A stretch of DNA of 64,000 nucleotides from Tubiluchus corallicola (Eukaryota; Animalia; Priapulida): the NCBI GenBank assembly GCA_030141605.1, contig JAQGDQ010002370.1, positions 523,167-587,166 of the forward strand. Reading direction: 5' to 3'. The notes beneath the pieces were generated by a model that was not told where the DNA came from, did no database searches, and saw nothing but the letters and a program-made list of their open reading frames with translations. Numbering within the stretch: position 1 is the stretch's first letter; every line of letters begins with the position of its first letter. Shown piece after piece: positions 11,293-24,661 of the stretch. The position numbers and the translations under genes are program-made.

Positions 11293-13640
11293 AATCTGTA
11301 TTTTGAAATTATCTAGAAAGCTGCTGTTTCATATCATTGTCTGTTGAACTTCTACATGCTTTTTTTAGTCGGCAAGAAATTTGTATGCAAAGTTTATAGC
11401 AGTTTCGTTAAACAAAATACAAAAAAATTCTGTCCTTTTGGAACTAACAAAACGACATCGTGTACGTAAAACCAAAAACAATTTTGCTGCGGAGCAAGTA
11501 GATTTTTCTAAATTAAAGTGATGATAATTTGTCCTACAAATACAGGAGTAACATTAGTACTATCCGCGACAAATCAGCAACAGATATATAAAAAATGTGA
11601 ATCAGCAACTTGCTGGTTGTCAGATCTTAGATATGAAGGTGCTTGTTGACGAAACGAATTCTTTCTGAACTACGGCTACCTTCAACAAATCAATGTCAAT
11701 TTAAGAATGCTCTCATAAATAACCTCTAATAGCACAGAGCAGTCAGTGCTCCTAACAAATAGCCACCTAAATTCTGCTCCGTTAGTTTATGGTCACTCCA
11801 TTGCTAGAGTCCGTTTATAGCCTGCAACATTGCACACAACAAAATTATGAAATCCTCCAAAAAAGATTTCGGTTTTTATGCTCATTTGGAGTTGTACCGC
11901 TGTTTAAATTCTAGTTAAATTGTTAGATTAGACGACTTTTCAGAAAAATGGAACATTGGAGGCGTTTTTTAAGTGGGCACTAGGCAGCATAGCCAGTCTT
12001 GTCAATTTGAAATCAAAAAGACCCTAGCCGGCTTGAAAAATTAGCGGAAAGGGCTCAAAATGCAAAATAAAAAAGAAATGACCGCTATGTTTTTGCACAA
12101 ACAATATAAATTTAAAAAAATCATTGCCACAACATTATCATTAAGATGCAATCATGACATTTTGCTTAAGCTGCTGGGCCTAAGCAATTAGTTTCTCTTA
12201 GCTTTATTTCAAAAATGGCCGTCGCCCAAAACAAAATTATGCTAACTATGCAATTTCATTTAAAGATTTGTTATAAAAACAAAAAGCAAATTATTTTTAT
12301 TAATTCGACCTTGCTGAATATAAAAAAGACTCCCAAAAAAGACACAAGGCGACTTAGACAGTTTAATAAGCAAAAACAAAAACAAAATGTGCGCCCGGTT
12401 TCCGACTTATATAGTCTAGATAATTTGCCTAAACTTGCCAATTTTGCGTAAAAGTTATGAAACTTTGCACACTGCTAGAACCCATCAAGGTGATTAATTT
12501 GGGATATGAGACCAATCAGAAATATCCAATATGGTTGCCATTTTCAAGATGCCCGACCAGATAGTTTAGATGACGATTTTGGTGTCTAAGTACAGGTTTT
12601 CAAGGTCAAGGAATCCATGTCTAATGCCTAAAAATGCCTATAATATAACCTCTGTTAAGATTTCGTGCCTGTAGCCACTTGTTTAATATATTAGCTACAT
12701 TGCATATTCTGAAGCAAATAGAATGGTGATTTTATTGTTTATATGTAGGCTTTGAAGGTCAAGGCTTTAGGGTAATATCCGATATGGTCGCCATCTTCAC
12801 GTTGGCTGACGAAATAGCTGTTACTAGTTTATAAAGGCAATATCTTTGGCCCTTTGAAACTGTGAATAGCATGGGACTTAAAGAGACCAGCTTCGTCAGT
12901 ATTTCATGCCAATACTGGTTCCGACCAAGTTTCAGCATTTACAGAGAGAAGGAAAAGATGGTTTGGCCTACGTGGCAAGTGTTTAAGGCGATAACAGAAG
13001 GATTTGTATCGCTAAGAAACACGATTAGAGCTGAGCAGCTGACTGAACTCACGCCTGTGCTTGAACGTTTTGTCACACTCTTGTATGACACAGCAAGCAC
13101 GTTTTGATGCTAATTGACAAAGCATATAAAGGCTTGTTCACAAGAAAGGCAATGTCAATGGAGGCATTTTCTCCAACATCTGCGGGGATGACCTGCTGCA
13201 CTATTGGAGTACACCAGACATGTGGTATATGAGGCAGGATGCTGTTAGGCCAAGCGTTCATCACTGTCCCCAGCTTGACCATCACCATTTGACTGCACCG
13301 AGAAAATCCACTGACTTGACATGGGAACCACATCGGACATGTGGAACTGAAGCAATTATTAAATATGGCTGTCAGCCAGCCAGCCAAATGGTACTATGGC
13401 AAATGTAAATGTGTCCAAGCAAGACTTGTTTGCACAGCCTGGTCCAAATACAGTGGTGTGGCGGCACTAGTGAACGTGACAGATTGTTTTAGAGGTTATC
13501 AGTATTATCTATATCAGGGTCCATAAATTCTGACCTAAACTGTTTCTTTCAAGGATTTTTTTATCTTCGGGCTTCTTTATCAGATTCTGTATTGAATATG
13601 TGATGTGTATTCGTGATTTTGTTCAATATAAATAATAATG

Positions 13641-13675
<35 letters not shown>

Positions 13676-13700
13676 AATAATGATAATGATGATGATAATG

Positions 13701-13785
<85 letters not shown>

Positions 13786-16700
13786 CAACAACAACAACAA
13801 CAACAACAATAGCAACAACAACAACAACAACAGCAATAATAATGAAAAAATAATAACAAGTAAGGTTTTAAATCCTTGGTCTGTAAAGCAGAACATGCGA
13901 TATAGCTAAAGTATTGTACAATCGGCTATTGTACAGCCATCTTGGCAACCATCCTGAAATTCTAAGTAAGGGACGTCATAAGTAAGGTGCATTTAAGTAT
14001 CAGCTGTGGATCTCTTAACCTTGGAAACCTATATAGGCCCTATAGACACCAAAATCATAATCTCATCTGTTCTACCTGTTTAAGATATGGCCTATGTATG
14101 CTAACGGCCGTTATCTTGTCGGTCATCTTGAAAATGGCTGCCAAATTGGAGAATTTTCTATTCACAGCATATCCAAAATTAAACACCTTGATGGGTTCTA
14201 ACACTGCGCAAAGTTTCTTAAGTTTTAGGCGAACTGTGCAATTTTTCGGGGAGGCAACGAACACTTTGTTTTTTGCTTAATGAGCAGTTTCAAAAGCCTT
14301 TGGCGTCTTTTTTGCAGTCTAGCAATTTTCTAGATTCAGCAATAATTTGCTTTTTGTTTTGTACTGTAGATGAAACGTACAGCTAATAAAATTGCACGAT
14401 CGGCACAATTTCGTTTTGCGTAGCAGCCATTTTGAAATAAAAGTAACAGGAACAGGAATGGATTTTTTAGGTCCAACTACTCTGGAATTGAAGTCGTAAT
14501 CGCTCTCGTTAATATGGCTATTTTTTCCGTTTTCGACCCTTTTCCGATAAATTTTCAAGCTAACAATAGCCTTTTCGGATAGAGGATACTCAAATTGATA
14601 AGACTGGCTATGTTGCCCAGTTTTAGAAAAAACACCCCTACAACTTTAAAGCAGCACCTTTTCAGGATTTTCTTCTAGTCTACGTAGAATATTCACACTT
14701 GGTTGACACTCACAGACACAATGGTTGAATTTTACCGCATTCTTGTCAAATAGCGCTGTTACACCGCAAGCCGGAAGCCAGCACTCACAGACAACTGCCC
14801 AACGAGATGTTTGTAGCGTGAGCGGATCATGGCTCTCTATCAATGATAATCCTCTAAGATGAGTTACTGAACCGGTAGAGGTGTCCCAGTCTTGTTCGAA
14901 CTCTACGAGGTAAACACCCAAGACTAGCTTGCGCCCGGAATGAGCTATTACCCTGTCTAGGAATAAATTACAAGAAAGTCATAATAACCCCATGCGTGTG
15001 ACATAGATGTCGTTCGTGCAACACAGAATTTTCCCACGCATTTTTTGGGCTCTAGCAAAATTATCATTGTCTCTCTTCGTTTTTCTTCAGGGTATTTCTA
15101 CAACGGAAGAAGACGCTGTCCAGCGCACTTTGACGGCATTCTTTGTTGGCCACCTACTTTAGAAGGGTTCACTCAATATCTAACGTGTCCAGCTTTTGTT
15201 GGAAACATACAGTACGACACATCTGGTTAGTGTGAAGTTGTTTTATTAATTAATACTTACAACATTTAAAATAGTAATAACAAAAATCATAGGCATAATT
15301 ATAGACAGAAATCTCTTGCATAGCTGTGTGTTTATGTTAACGTTTTTAAAGGAAAAGACCCTTTCTCCGACGTTGATAATAAAAACAACGTATCAAAAGG
15401 TATTTGGAAGAGGTTGCCAAAACTCACCATCTAAAAGGACCTGAATTGGAGTTTCAAGCTAATTTATAAGAATCAGAGGAAATTAAGCTCATTTTTTTCG
15501 AACTCAGTAACTAGTAAAAATAACTTCTCGCGAAGAAGTGAATATTAACATCTTGAAAACATAAAACGTTCAGTATACAGTACGCTGATAAGTCATGAGT
15601 TGCAGAAAGCGAAAATAGAAATAGCGTTTTTCCTTTAATTTTTCCCAGCGCCCAACTGAAAAAAATCACCAATGAGAAGACACCTTTCTGTTGGTGTATG
15701 TAATGGTCAAAGATGCGTGATGAAACAGCTGGTGTTCTAGCAATGGAACTTACTCAATAAATGCTCTTATATCCATCTATACAGATATTATATCTATAAC
15801 CATTACTATTAAAGAATAATAAACAAATAATTAATTACTACGTAACGCGTTTACATAACACAAACCCAGTGGCTGTATTACTAATCTGTATCTAATAGAT
15901 GCTAACTGTGACATTTAAAATGAGGTGGAACTGTTATAATTGCAATACTAATTAGTTCTTATTGTCATTGCACTCAGACTCCTGCTGTCAATTAAAGTAG
16001 CACGACTTTATTATCGTGTGAACCAGAAATGTTGCTATTGTGAAATTAATTAATAACCAGGCAGATTTCCTATGCGTAGGCACACCTTGATGAAAACCAA
16101 TTACGGAATCGAAGAAGAGACGTTTCGTATTTTCGTTTTCTCATCTTTGCGTTTTTGTAGTTTTGTGTTGTCACGTTTTTGAATTTTGTTTTTCTTGCTT
16201 GTAGATTTTTTCTCTGTTTTTTCTCGTTCGCGCATTATTTCGTCTAATTGTGTATTGACTAACAAACGTATTAAAAGTGATCCTCTATCTTTGATGTTTT
16301 CATTATGCCCACATTTTGAATTTCTACCTTTGTATTATTCTGATTTTGCTTGTGTTTTCGTGGGTTTTAATTAGTTTTTAGGTTCTCGTCTTTAACACTA
16401 CATTTCTTCATGTTTCATCTTCTTATACTTTTTGTGTTTTTCTTATTTGTGGTGTTTTCTAAGCTCGCATTTCTGTTGCATTTTCGCGTTCAATTGACGA
16501 ATCTTCGCCTTTGTTTTTGTCGCTTTTAAGTGCAACTATAATTCAGAATGTATGCAGGCGACACTGCACAGATATTCATTCAGCAACTAAACTAGTAATG
16601 ATAAAAGTGCATAACTTGTAGGCTAAATTTTGCAATAGCTTTCAAAAGAATCAATACTATGACTAGAAAAAATTGTTTGTCGTAATAATAATCATTGTTA

Positions 16701-19700
16701 ATACCTGGAAAATCCTCAAATTTGAAGAACAAATTGAAGAAAGCGAAAACTGCCACGCCCCAATTTCCACTATTAAACTATTTTCATGTAATTGAGCATC
16801 TCGTGAATTGAGCGTGATTTGCTGTCATTTACACTTTCACCGATTTGCGACGGGTTTGGTTAAGTTGACATAAATTTAACCGATTTACGCGTGCAGTACT
16901 ATTCACAGCATTCATGCGGTAAACGCAAATACTTCTGGTCTATACTAATACAGTTTATTCCGCATTTATTTCAAATATTCTGACTTGCTTACGAAAGAGA
17001 CGAAATTCAAAGAAACGATGAAATATATTTTTCAAATAATTGTATATTCACTGTGCAGTCTTCCACATCATTTCCTTGAAAGACTATTTTTCTTTGTCGT
17101 CGAAACCATCGCGCTATTCTATTGCATAAACTTCATTCTAAAATAGATTTTTCGATTTGTTGAAACCTTATTGACCATTAAAAGGATTATGATAATAAAT
17201 GTTGCATTCACAATGATTACCATGTGACATTAATGATTTCCTTATTTTAATAAAAGACTAATTTTAATTGAAGAGACATCGTTATCTTTCTGTGTGCACA
17301 GTCTGGGCCTGCAACTTGGCAATAAAAATATTCATGTCGCTCAGCCAGCACAGGACGTCGTAACAACGACATTCTATGTCGACCCTCCAACATGACAAAC
17401 TATATCGTTTCCTCAGTATCCTATGTTGTTCCCACAAGAATGTACGTCAAAACTATTATTTTTTTAGTTTAGAAAAATTTATTTTTTGCGCGAAAGACAA
17501 TTTTTCCAAAGAATAGTTCGTATGTTTTTCCTAATTATTTCCTAATCAATAGGTTTGGCTTACATGGGCGCAGACCGCAGAGAAAAATAATGAGGGGGAG
17601 GATGGCTTCTAGATTAATTTGAAATTAGCCTTAGCAGTGAGACCTCTGTTTTTGCATTTTGCATCTCTGTATGTTTTCGGTGGTTTGGAGAAATCTAACG
17701 CCCAAAAATGTGCTGATGAAGCATAATGAAATTAATAACTAATAAATAATAACTAATTTCCCTTTACATTCACAGATAATGCAAGTAAAGATTGTTTGTT
17801 AGGAGGAACGTGGTCAAATTGGTCAGATTATTTAAACTGCAAACCGGTACACGAACTCAATTCTTCGTTAGGCGACACATTACAGGTAAAAACGCAGTTT
17901 TTGAGCAACTATATAGTAGTTTTTGCAGTTCATGCCATTTGCACGAGATTTTACAATTTTATCTGCGATTTGTGCGAATGGGTCCATTTTGCAGTGATTT
18001 ATTTTACTGATTTTTAGTTTACTGATAATTACTTCCATTCAATCAATATCTCTGATTTAAAACATTCTTAGCAAACACAATACACTTACGATTAGTATAA
18101 TTTGCTTTTACGTACTGTAACATCGGGAACCACGAACCGTGGCTTTTTGTACATTTTGATGATTTTGCTAAACTTTTTCTTTGATTATCATTGTTTACGT
18201 TTCTGAAGAAGTTGTTTCCCGTTTTTTGTTAAGCACATTTCAGCATTGAATAACGCGGAAAGCATCGAACTGAAAGAGAGCTATAGAGAAGATTTGTTAT
18301 TAATTTGTTCACAAGCAGACCCTCTTATAATGACCCCTACTTGATTATTTAAGGTTTATTTTTTCAACGCCCCAAACAGATATTTTATATCCCAGACGAA
18401 CTTTGAAATTAATAATTTTCCCATGTTCGGTCAAGCGCAGTGTGAACCGTAACAACTTCAGGCATCCAGATTATTCGAAAGCCCTGACCATTTAAAACAA
18501 ACTTGCGGTATTATAGTAACAATACAAAAACTCTAAAATCACTAAAAATAATATATCTAGTACGCATGAATGCAAAGCGTCTGAATATTATTTCACTTGT
18601 TACAATTACCGTTACCACGTTTTGTCGAACGTAGATAATCAAGGTTACGCATTTGAAGCTACGTTAATAGCTAACTGTAAATGTTGTGAGACATAAAAAA
18701 GATATCCAATATGGTGCAATTTCGCAAAAATGATATTGCAAACGCTGGAAGTGCTCGGCGGATGTGTCATTGTAAGGTTTCAGGAGCAGATAAGAACTTT
18801 TAACAGATGATAATGCACATGGCAAAAATATATGTCACCACAAGTAAATTGAAGACGCGCAATGCTAAAATGATATTTCAATTTCTCAACACTGCCTTAG
18901 CCACAAAAATAGTAAGCTGATTTGCGGTTTTATTAAATTAGTAAACGTGGACATTATTGATCCTAAAATCCAATATCGTAGGGTAACTGAGTTATTTTAT
19001 TAGATTTTAATTAAGTAACTAAGTGGCTTCTCTTTACATTTCCAATTACCCATTAACCACGAAGTTAAGCTGAGGTGTAATAGTTTTATTCCGGGTGTTT
19101 GCCTGTTTGTCTGCTCACTTGCTTGTCTGTATGCATAGTTGCTTATTTATCCTAGTTATTTGGCAGTTCAATCTATTGCCGGTCAGTGATGTGGTCGTTC
19201 GGTCACTCTAGTTATTCATTCGACTATATGATTGGTCAACCAACTGACTGACGCGACCTGGAAAATGCCCACTGTTAACACCAAATCTAATAAAACGGTA
19301 TACCTAGAGTGTTTGAATTTTACCAATATATATATATATATAAATATACATATATATATATATATATATATTGCACAATTTGAACTTTAGAAATGAAGGC
19401 CAAATCCAATTAGGAAAGATATTAATGCTCTTATCACGAAATGTAAGATCTAAGATCATAGTGTAGACATAAATCATCTACAGCAGAGGACCAAGTATTA
19501 ACCCTTAAAGGAAATTTTTTCGGGGTGCATTTAATTCTGTTACACTCAGGATACTGCTGACGTTTCATAAGCTACATAAGATTATCTAGATATGTTCGTC
19601 TACAGTAGACTACTATTAATCATTTTAGTTTCCACGATCAAATTTGCTGACCTGGCTGCTGAATCATTCAATCATTAAGTAAATAAATTTACAATGCTTG

Positions 19701-22700
19701 TAATTTCATTTAAACAAAAAAATGTAGCCTTAATATTTACTCCAAGAATGCTTTACTACTAACGCGTGTTTATTTCTGATAAGGCATTAGACGTACCTTT
19801 TTTAACATCTGACGAGGTCTTATGAGGGAGGTACTAAGTTTCTAAACAAATAAAGAACTTAGTGAGAGAAAAGCTTTTTCACAGACTGTTTTGTTATGGC
19901 TAACATTTAATTTACAATTGTTCTTTCGAAACGAAACGTCAATACCTGAACAGATTTCCCAATTCATGAATACATTCTGAAAATTCTGAAAAATTCTAAC
20001 AATAGGAGAATTTTGTCAGAAAAGCGGTATGCTGCAATCCATAAACACAGCAAATGTATAGCTCGCTGCACCGGATGCAGCCATGTTTCAGTATAGTAAT
20101 AGTAAAAATTTTGCTTTTGCAAAACGTGCAGTGACAGCTAGATTACTCCTAAATCTTTTGAATGTGATTCTGTTAGGAAGCTGCGAAGCGTGTTTTCACG
20201 TTTGTGTGTCACGAGTGTTTCGCGTTTTCGAACACTAGAATACGGAGCTGTGTTGTTCTGACAATATTAACAGCAACGAGACTCAAGCAAATTAAGGCCC
20301 ATTTTAATTAAAAAATAATAACTTTTTGCACAGCTTTGCCACTAGAGACATGTACACCAATAACATCATATACTTGTTCTTAACGTTATTCTTTGCCAAG
20401 GAATAGAGACTTTTACTTTATGTTTGTACTAAATAATATAAACACAAATGCAATCTAGCTAAGAATTAAGTTACTGAATCATTTAATCATTTCTTTCCTA
20501 CATTTACAGGAAGTAATTTACCAGTTAATACTGCAATAGACCCTTTTTTCGGTTGACACCTGAGTTCTATGTTCAGTTTCTGACAAATTTATGTTACGCA
20601 ATCTTTTTGTCACCAATACCATAATAATGTTTTTTATTTTAACATGCGTTTTAATTGAACAAGCTAAATTTAGCACTGCGTCGAAAGAAACGCAAAGGCG
20701 AAAGTATAGTAAAGTACACTGACTCGAGTATTTTCTTCTATACCAAAAATGGTATTTAGTGATTATTTTTCGTTTTCTTCTTCGCCTAACTATAGTCCGC
20801 AGAGGTGTACTGAGCGCTGTGGTTATCTTTTTTTCTTTATTGTGTTTTTTTAAATAGATTGTAGGTAAGTGCCCATTTTTGTTAAGTATTGTAAACGAAG
20901 TTTAACATTTACATAAGGATTTTTGCTAAACTGCTGAACTGCAAATGACCGTTTTTGTTTCCTATATTAAATCCTGCTTCTGCTGCTACGAGTTTAAAAA
21001 TTTAGACATTTTGGTAAACCCATTGTGCTTAGCAGACACGAAGCAGAATCATTTTTACATGCCTTGTTAATATTTTATATTCTTCACGCAGTGGCCTGTA
21101 GTATCTAATGTCACACGACAATAAAGAGAAAAATGAACCCAAGGGAGACTAATAAAACCGAATACTGCTATATTAAAATTCTCATAACTCACAATATTGT
21201 ACCTAAAATAAACCCTGCCAGATTACCATTTTAAGCCAACTAAAACATGTTGTAATGATAGTTTTTAATGATGTTAAATATAAATACGTAACTTTGCATA
21301 TGGCGTGATCAGAATACTTACAAAGGCCAACTATCAAATAGGATGACCTTTTGTGGATTTAAAATAATTTTCTGTTTTGCAATTGATTGCTTTTGTCAGC
21401 TATACTTACGCAGTAACGTTACTGTCAATCATCAATTACTGTACCATTAGAAGTCGAAGAGTGTTTCGAAAAAAATTGTTGGACAATTCAACAAATCCAA
21501 ACGTTTAACCGTTCAGCCTCTTGAGACTGATCTTTACAAAAGACCAAACGGAAAGCACCGTTTAAGTTAACGCACTTGCGGCTGTTTGCTGCTTGCTATA
21601 AGGAGGCAGAAAAGTTTTATTCCTGTCTCAAATGTCGGTTTAATTATTGCCGACTTTACGGTGGTTATAAATAACTGTTTGTGGAAAGAGCAGGGAAGAG
21701 TTTTGCTTATATAGCTGCGATATTCTCACATTGAAAGTGTTTCTATATTGCCAATAGAACAACAACTATTTGTTTCAGGCTCTAGCTCAAGAGTACAGAA
21801 TTGCACAACTTATCTACTACGTTGGGTACACTCTGTCGATTACTTCACTCGTTTTAGCTATTTTGATATTTTTTTGCGCAAGGTAAACATAATTATCATT
21901 TATTGGATAAATTAAAAAAACTGCATTTTTCTCAGGCAAGAAGGTTGAGATTATGAGAGTTAAAATGCCAATTTTGCTCTTAGTTAAGTAATAGTTGGTA
22001 GCTATGTACATGACCATAACTTTTGAAAACTGTTTAGTGATTTATTATGTTGACATTTGTTGTCCATAAATACGTTTGTTTAGGAATTTAAATTCTTGTT
22101 GCCATAATTTTGTTGTAAAACGTAAAAAGTAACGTTTTTCAATTGGAGAGTAAATTAATAAATCATTCAGTTGAAGTAAACATCCATATTTTAGGTTTAG
22201 GTTTATTTTACACTAGTCAGAAGAGTTCAAAAAGTTTCCATTTCAATAGCTTATTCTGGCAGTGCTATCATAATGGGCGTACATTAGCAGCTGGCTGCCA
22301 AACACGACTTAATACATTATTCATTTTATTGCTTAGTGCGTTAGGCAGTGCAGGATAAGATGGAAAACAATAACAGAACTCCACCAATGTTTATCTCAGG
22401 AAACAACGTCTCATTTATTCATGTGTGGTGGCTTCAATATTACCTGCAGTACATATTTTCCCATTCATGTCACTGGCTCAAAATAAGCAATGTCACTGTT
22501 GTGAATAGAGTAGGACCTCAAGAAGCTAGTATTCTGCATGGTGCTTATAAACCATGCGGCTCGCTGGTTCAAATGGAGCATGGAAAAGTCTATGGGGCAA
22601 GTTCTCTGACTTTAGTTACTATAGTTTTAGAATTATTCATTATATATTATGGCCCCTATCTCGTGATATTAAAAATCCTAACTTTTTAAAAGGTTACATA

Positions 22701-24584
22701 CAGGTCTGCCTCACAGCACTTTTAAAAATGCTTATGCAAAAATATCGAATTCAACTCAGTCCGAGGAGATGGTGAATGCCAATCGAAAAACTGACCGATG
22801 TCCAGCGTCATTGACCCTTTAATCGAGGTCACCAGTCACCAAACCACTTTCTAGGCTTCTACCTCACGTATTTGCCTTGTGAGATCCGTGTCCTAGTACT
22901 CTCCGTCTGCGAGTTAACATGAATTAAAAAGTAGAAAGCAGGATGTGTAGCATAATGATGAAAAACCAGCATCGGAGGTTCTGCTAGTTCCGCGACGCAA
23001 GCCTTCGCGGATAAAAATGTGAACGTTCGTAATTCAGAAACTGCAATCTAACCTTGTTAAAAACATAAAATCTATATATGCCACACAGCGTATAAATGAT
23101 GGGGTTTTCGTGTATTGTTATTACAAAAATAATTTAATGGCTTGTATAATCCCAAAAATTTTTTTTTCAGAAAACTCAGTTGCATGAGAAACAAGATTCA
23201 CGTTAACCTCTTCATCAGTTACTTTTTCAGCGATGTGTTGTGGATCATTAATAATCAAACTCTTGTTGGAATCGCGAAGCGAGATTCAGTATGTTTCTTT
23301 TTAACGATCAGAAATAATTTGCAAAATTACTGATTTTTGCTCTGTAGCCGGCCAAGAATCTGTGCCAGATTTAAACTTTAAATCAATGAAACGAAACTCA
23401 CATGAGGTAATTTAATACTTTGCTCATTGTTTGACTTGTGAGTGAGATTTTTGACAATGTGGAAATAAAAAATACTATTACAAGGAAGCAAATTATGACT
23501 GAAATTTCAGTTCAAGGAGACATGATGTTTAAAGTACTGTCCTTGAATTTCAAGCAAGCAATTTCTCAGTTTTTGCTCTTGGCTGTTGGGTGAACTTTTT
23601 GTACCAAATTTTCCCACATTTCTTAGACCACAGGATATATGTAGAAACGTATATAATTTGCAAATAAACAGTACGCGTATAGCAGAAGACCAGCAAAGGT
23701 ACAATTTCAGCTGAAAGGTACAACTATAGCCAAAACGTAGAAGTTTAAAAATACTGCGGCACTCAATGATAGAAGCAGTGAATCTTATTCACGCAAGGCT
23801 TTTTTGCTCGCGCGAAACTAAGTTGTGAATTTAAAAAATTATAATATCAAAGTTTCGGTCTTGGAGATTCTTACATTCGACAGTCGAAATTGCAGAGCTC
23901 CAGGATTTATGCTGTAATCTAATATCTTCATATTTTGATTTTAGATATTTTGCCGGTCGATGGTAACAATTTTTAACTACTGCCAATGTACAAACTTTTT
24001 CTGGATGTTAGTCGAAGGACTGTACCTGTTCATTTTGACAGTTTTCACATTTTCTGCATCACGAGTCGAGTTTTTCTTCTTCGTTCTCATTGGATGGGGT
24101 AATCGCTGAACGTTTTTATTTATATGTCTATCATCAGAGCTTATTTGTAAACATATGACACGATTTTGTTTTCCGTTTTTGACCATCATAAACTACCTTT
24201 ATAGGACGTGCTTGATATAGCTGACTCGCAAACATCTTTTGTTTAACTGTAACACTCTCTGAAAATATAACTTTTGTCGAGTGAAATTTTTTGAGTCTAA
24301 AAGGTTTTTGTGATTCTAGGAATTCCCATTGTGGTGATAGCGATCTGGGGCATTGTAAAACATCATTTTGATAAAAACAGGTATTCAATTTTAAAGAAAC
24401 GAACGAATTTACGAACGTTGATATGTGTAAACGAGTGAATGACAGTATAAATGAATGAACGAATGCATGATTGATTGATTAATGGATTAATTGATGAAAC
24501 GAAGGAATGAAAGAATGAATGTATCAAAGAATGTGTGATATAACGAATGGATGGATCAATAAATAAATAACAAAATAAATAAAG

Positions 24585-24661
<77 letters not shown>

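Larger units (their letters stand above)
11958..14640. mobile_element. Outer non-autonomous DNA transposon with diverged ~55-bp TIRs, hosting a nested element
   Basis: 11958-12014 (..ggcagcatagccagtcttgtcaatttga..) is an imperfect inverted repeat of 14585-14640 (reverse complement ..ggcaacatagccagtcttatcaatttga..). No TSD recognised. Confidence 0.55.

Noticed and set aside
13561-13909. Poly-L/N/I/Y ORFs (also 32290-32604, 36016-36379, 49394-49720, 55016-55397)
   Set aside because: Translations of microsatellites.
14880-14930. HDV-like ribozyme interpretation of the structured element
   Set aside because: P1-like and L3-like (CCUCG) pieces exist, but there are extra nucleotides between P3 and P1, no P4 and no catalytic J4/2 strand.
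14962-14974. 13-nt match (aataaattacaag) to my recollection of a dicistrovirus IGR IRES
   Set aside because: Short AT-rich match without the surrounding IRES architecture; consistent with chance.
17712-17735. CTGATGA..GAAA hammerhead-like words (similar at ~19809 and ~50601)
   Set aside because: No stem II or stem I pairing around the core boxes.
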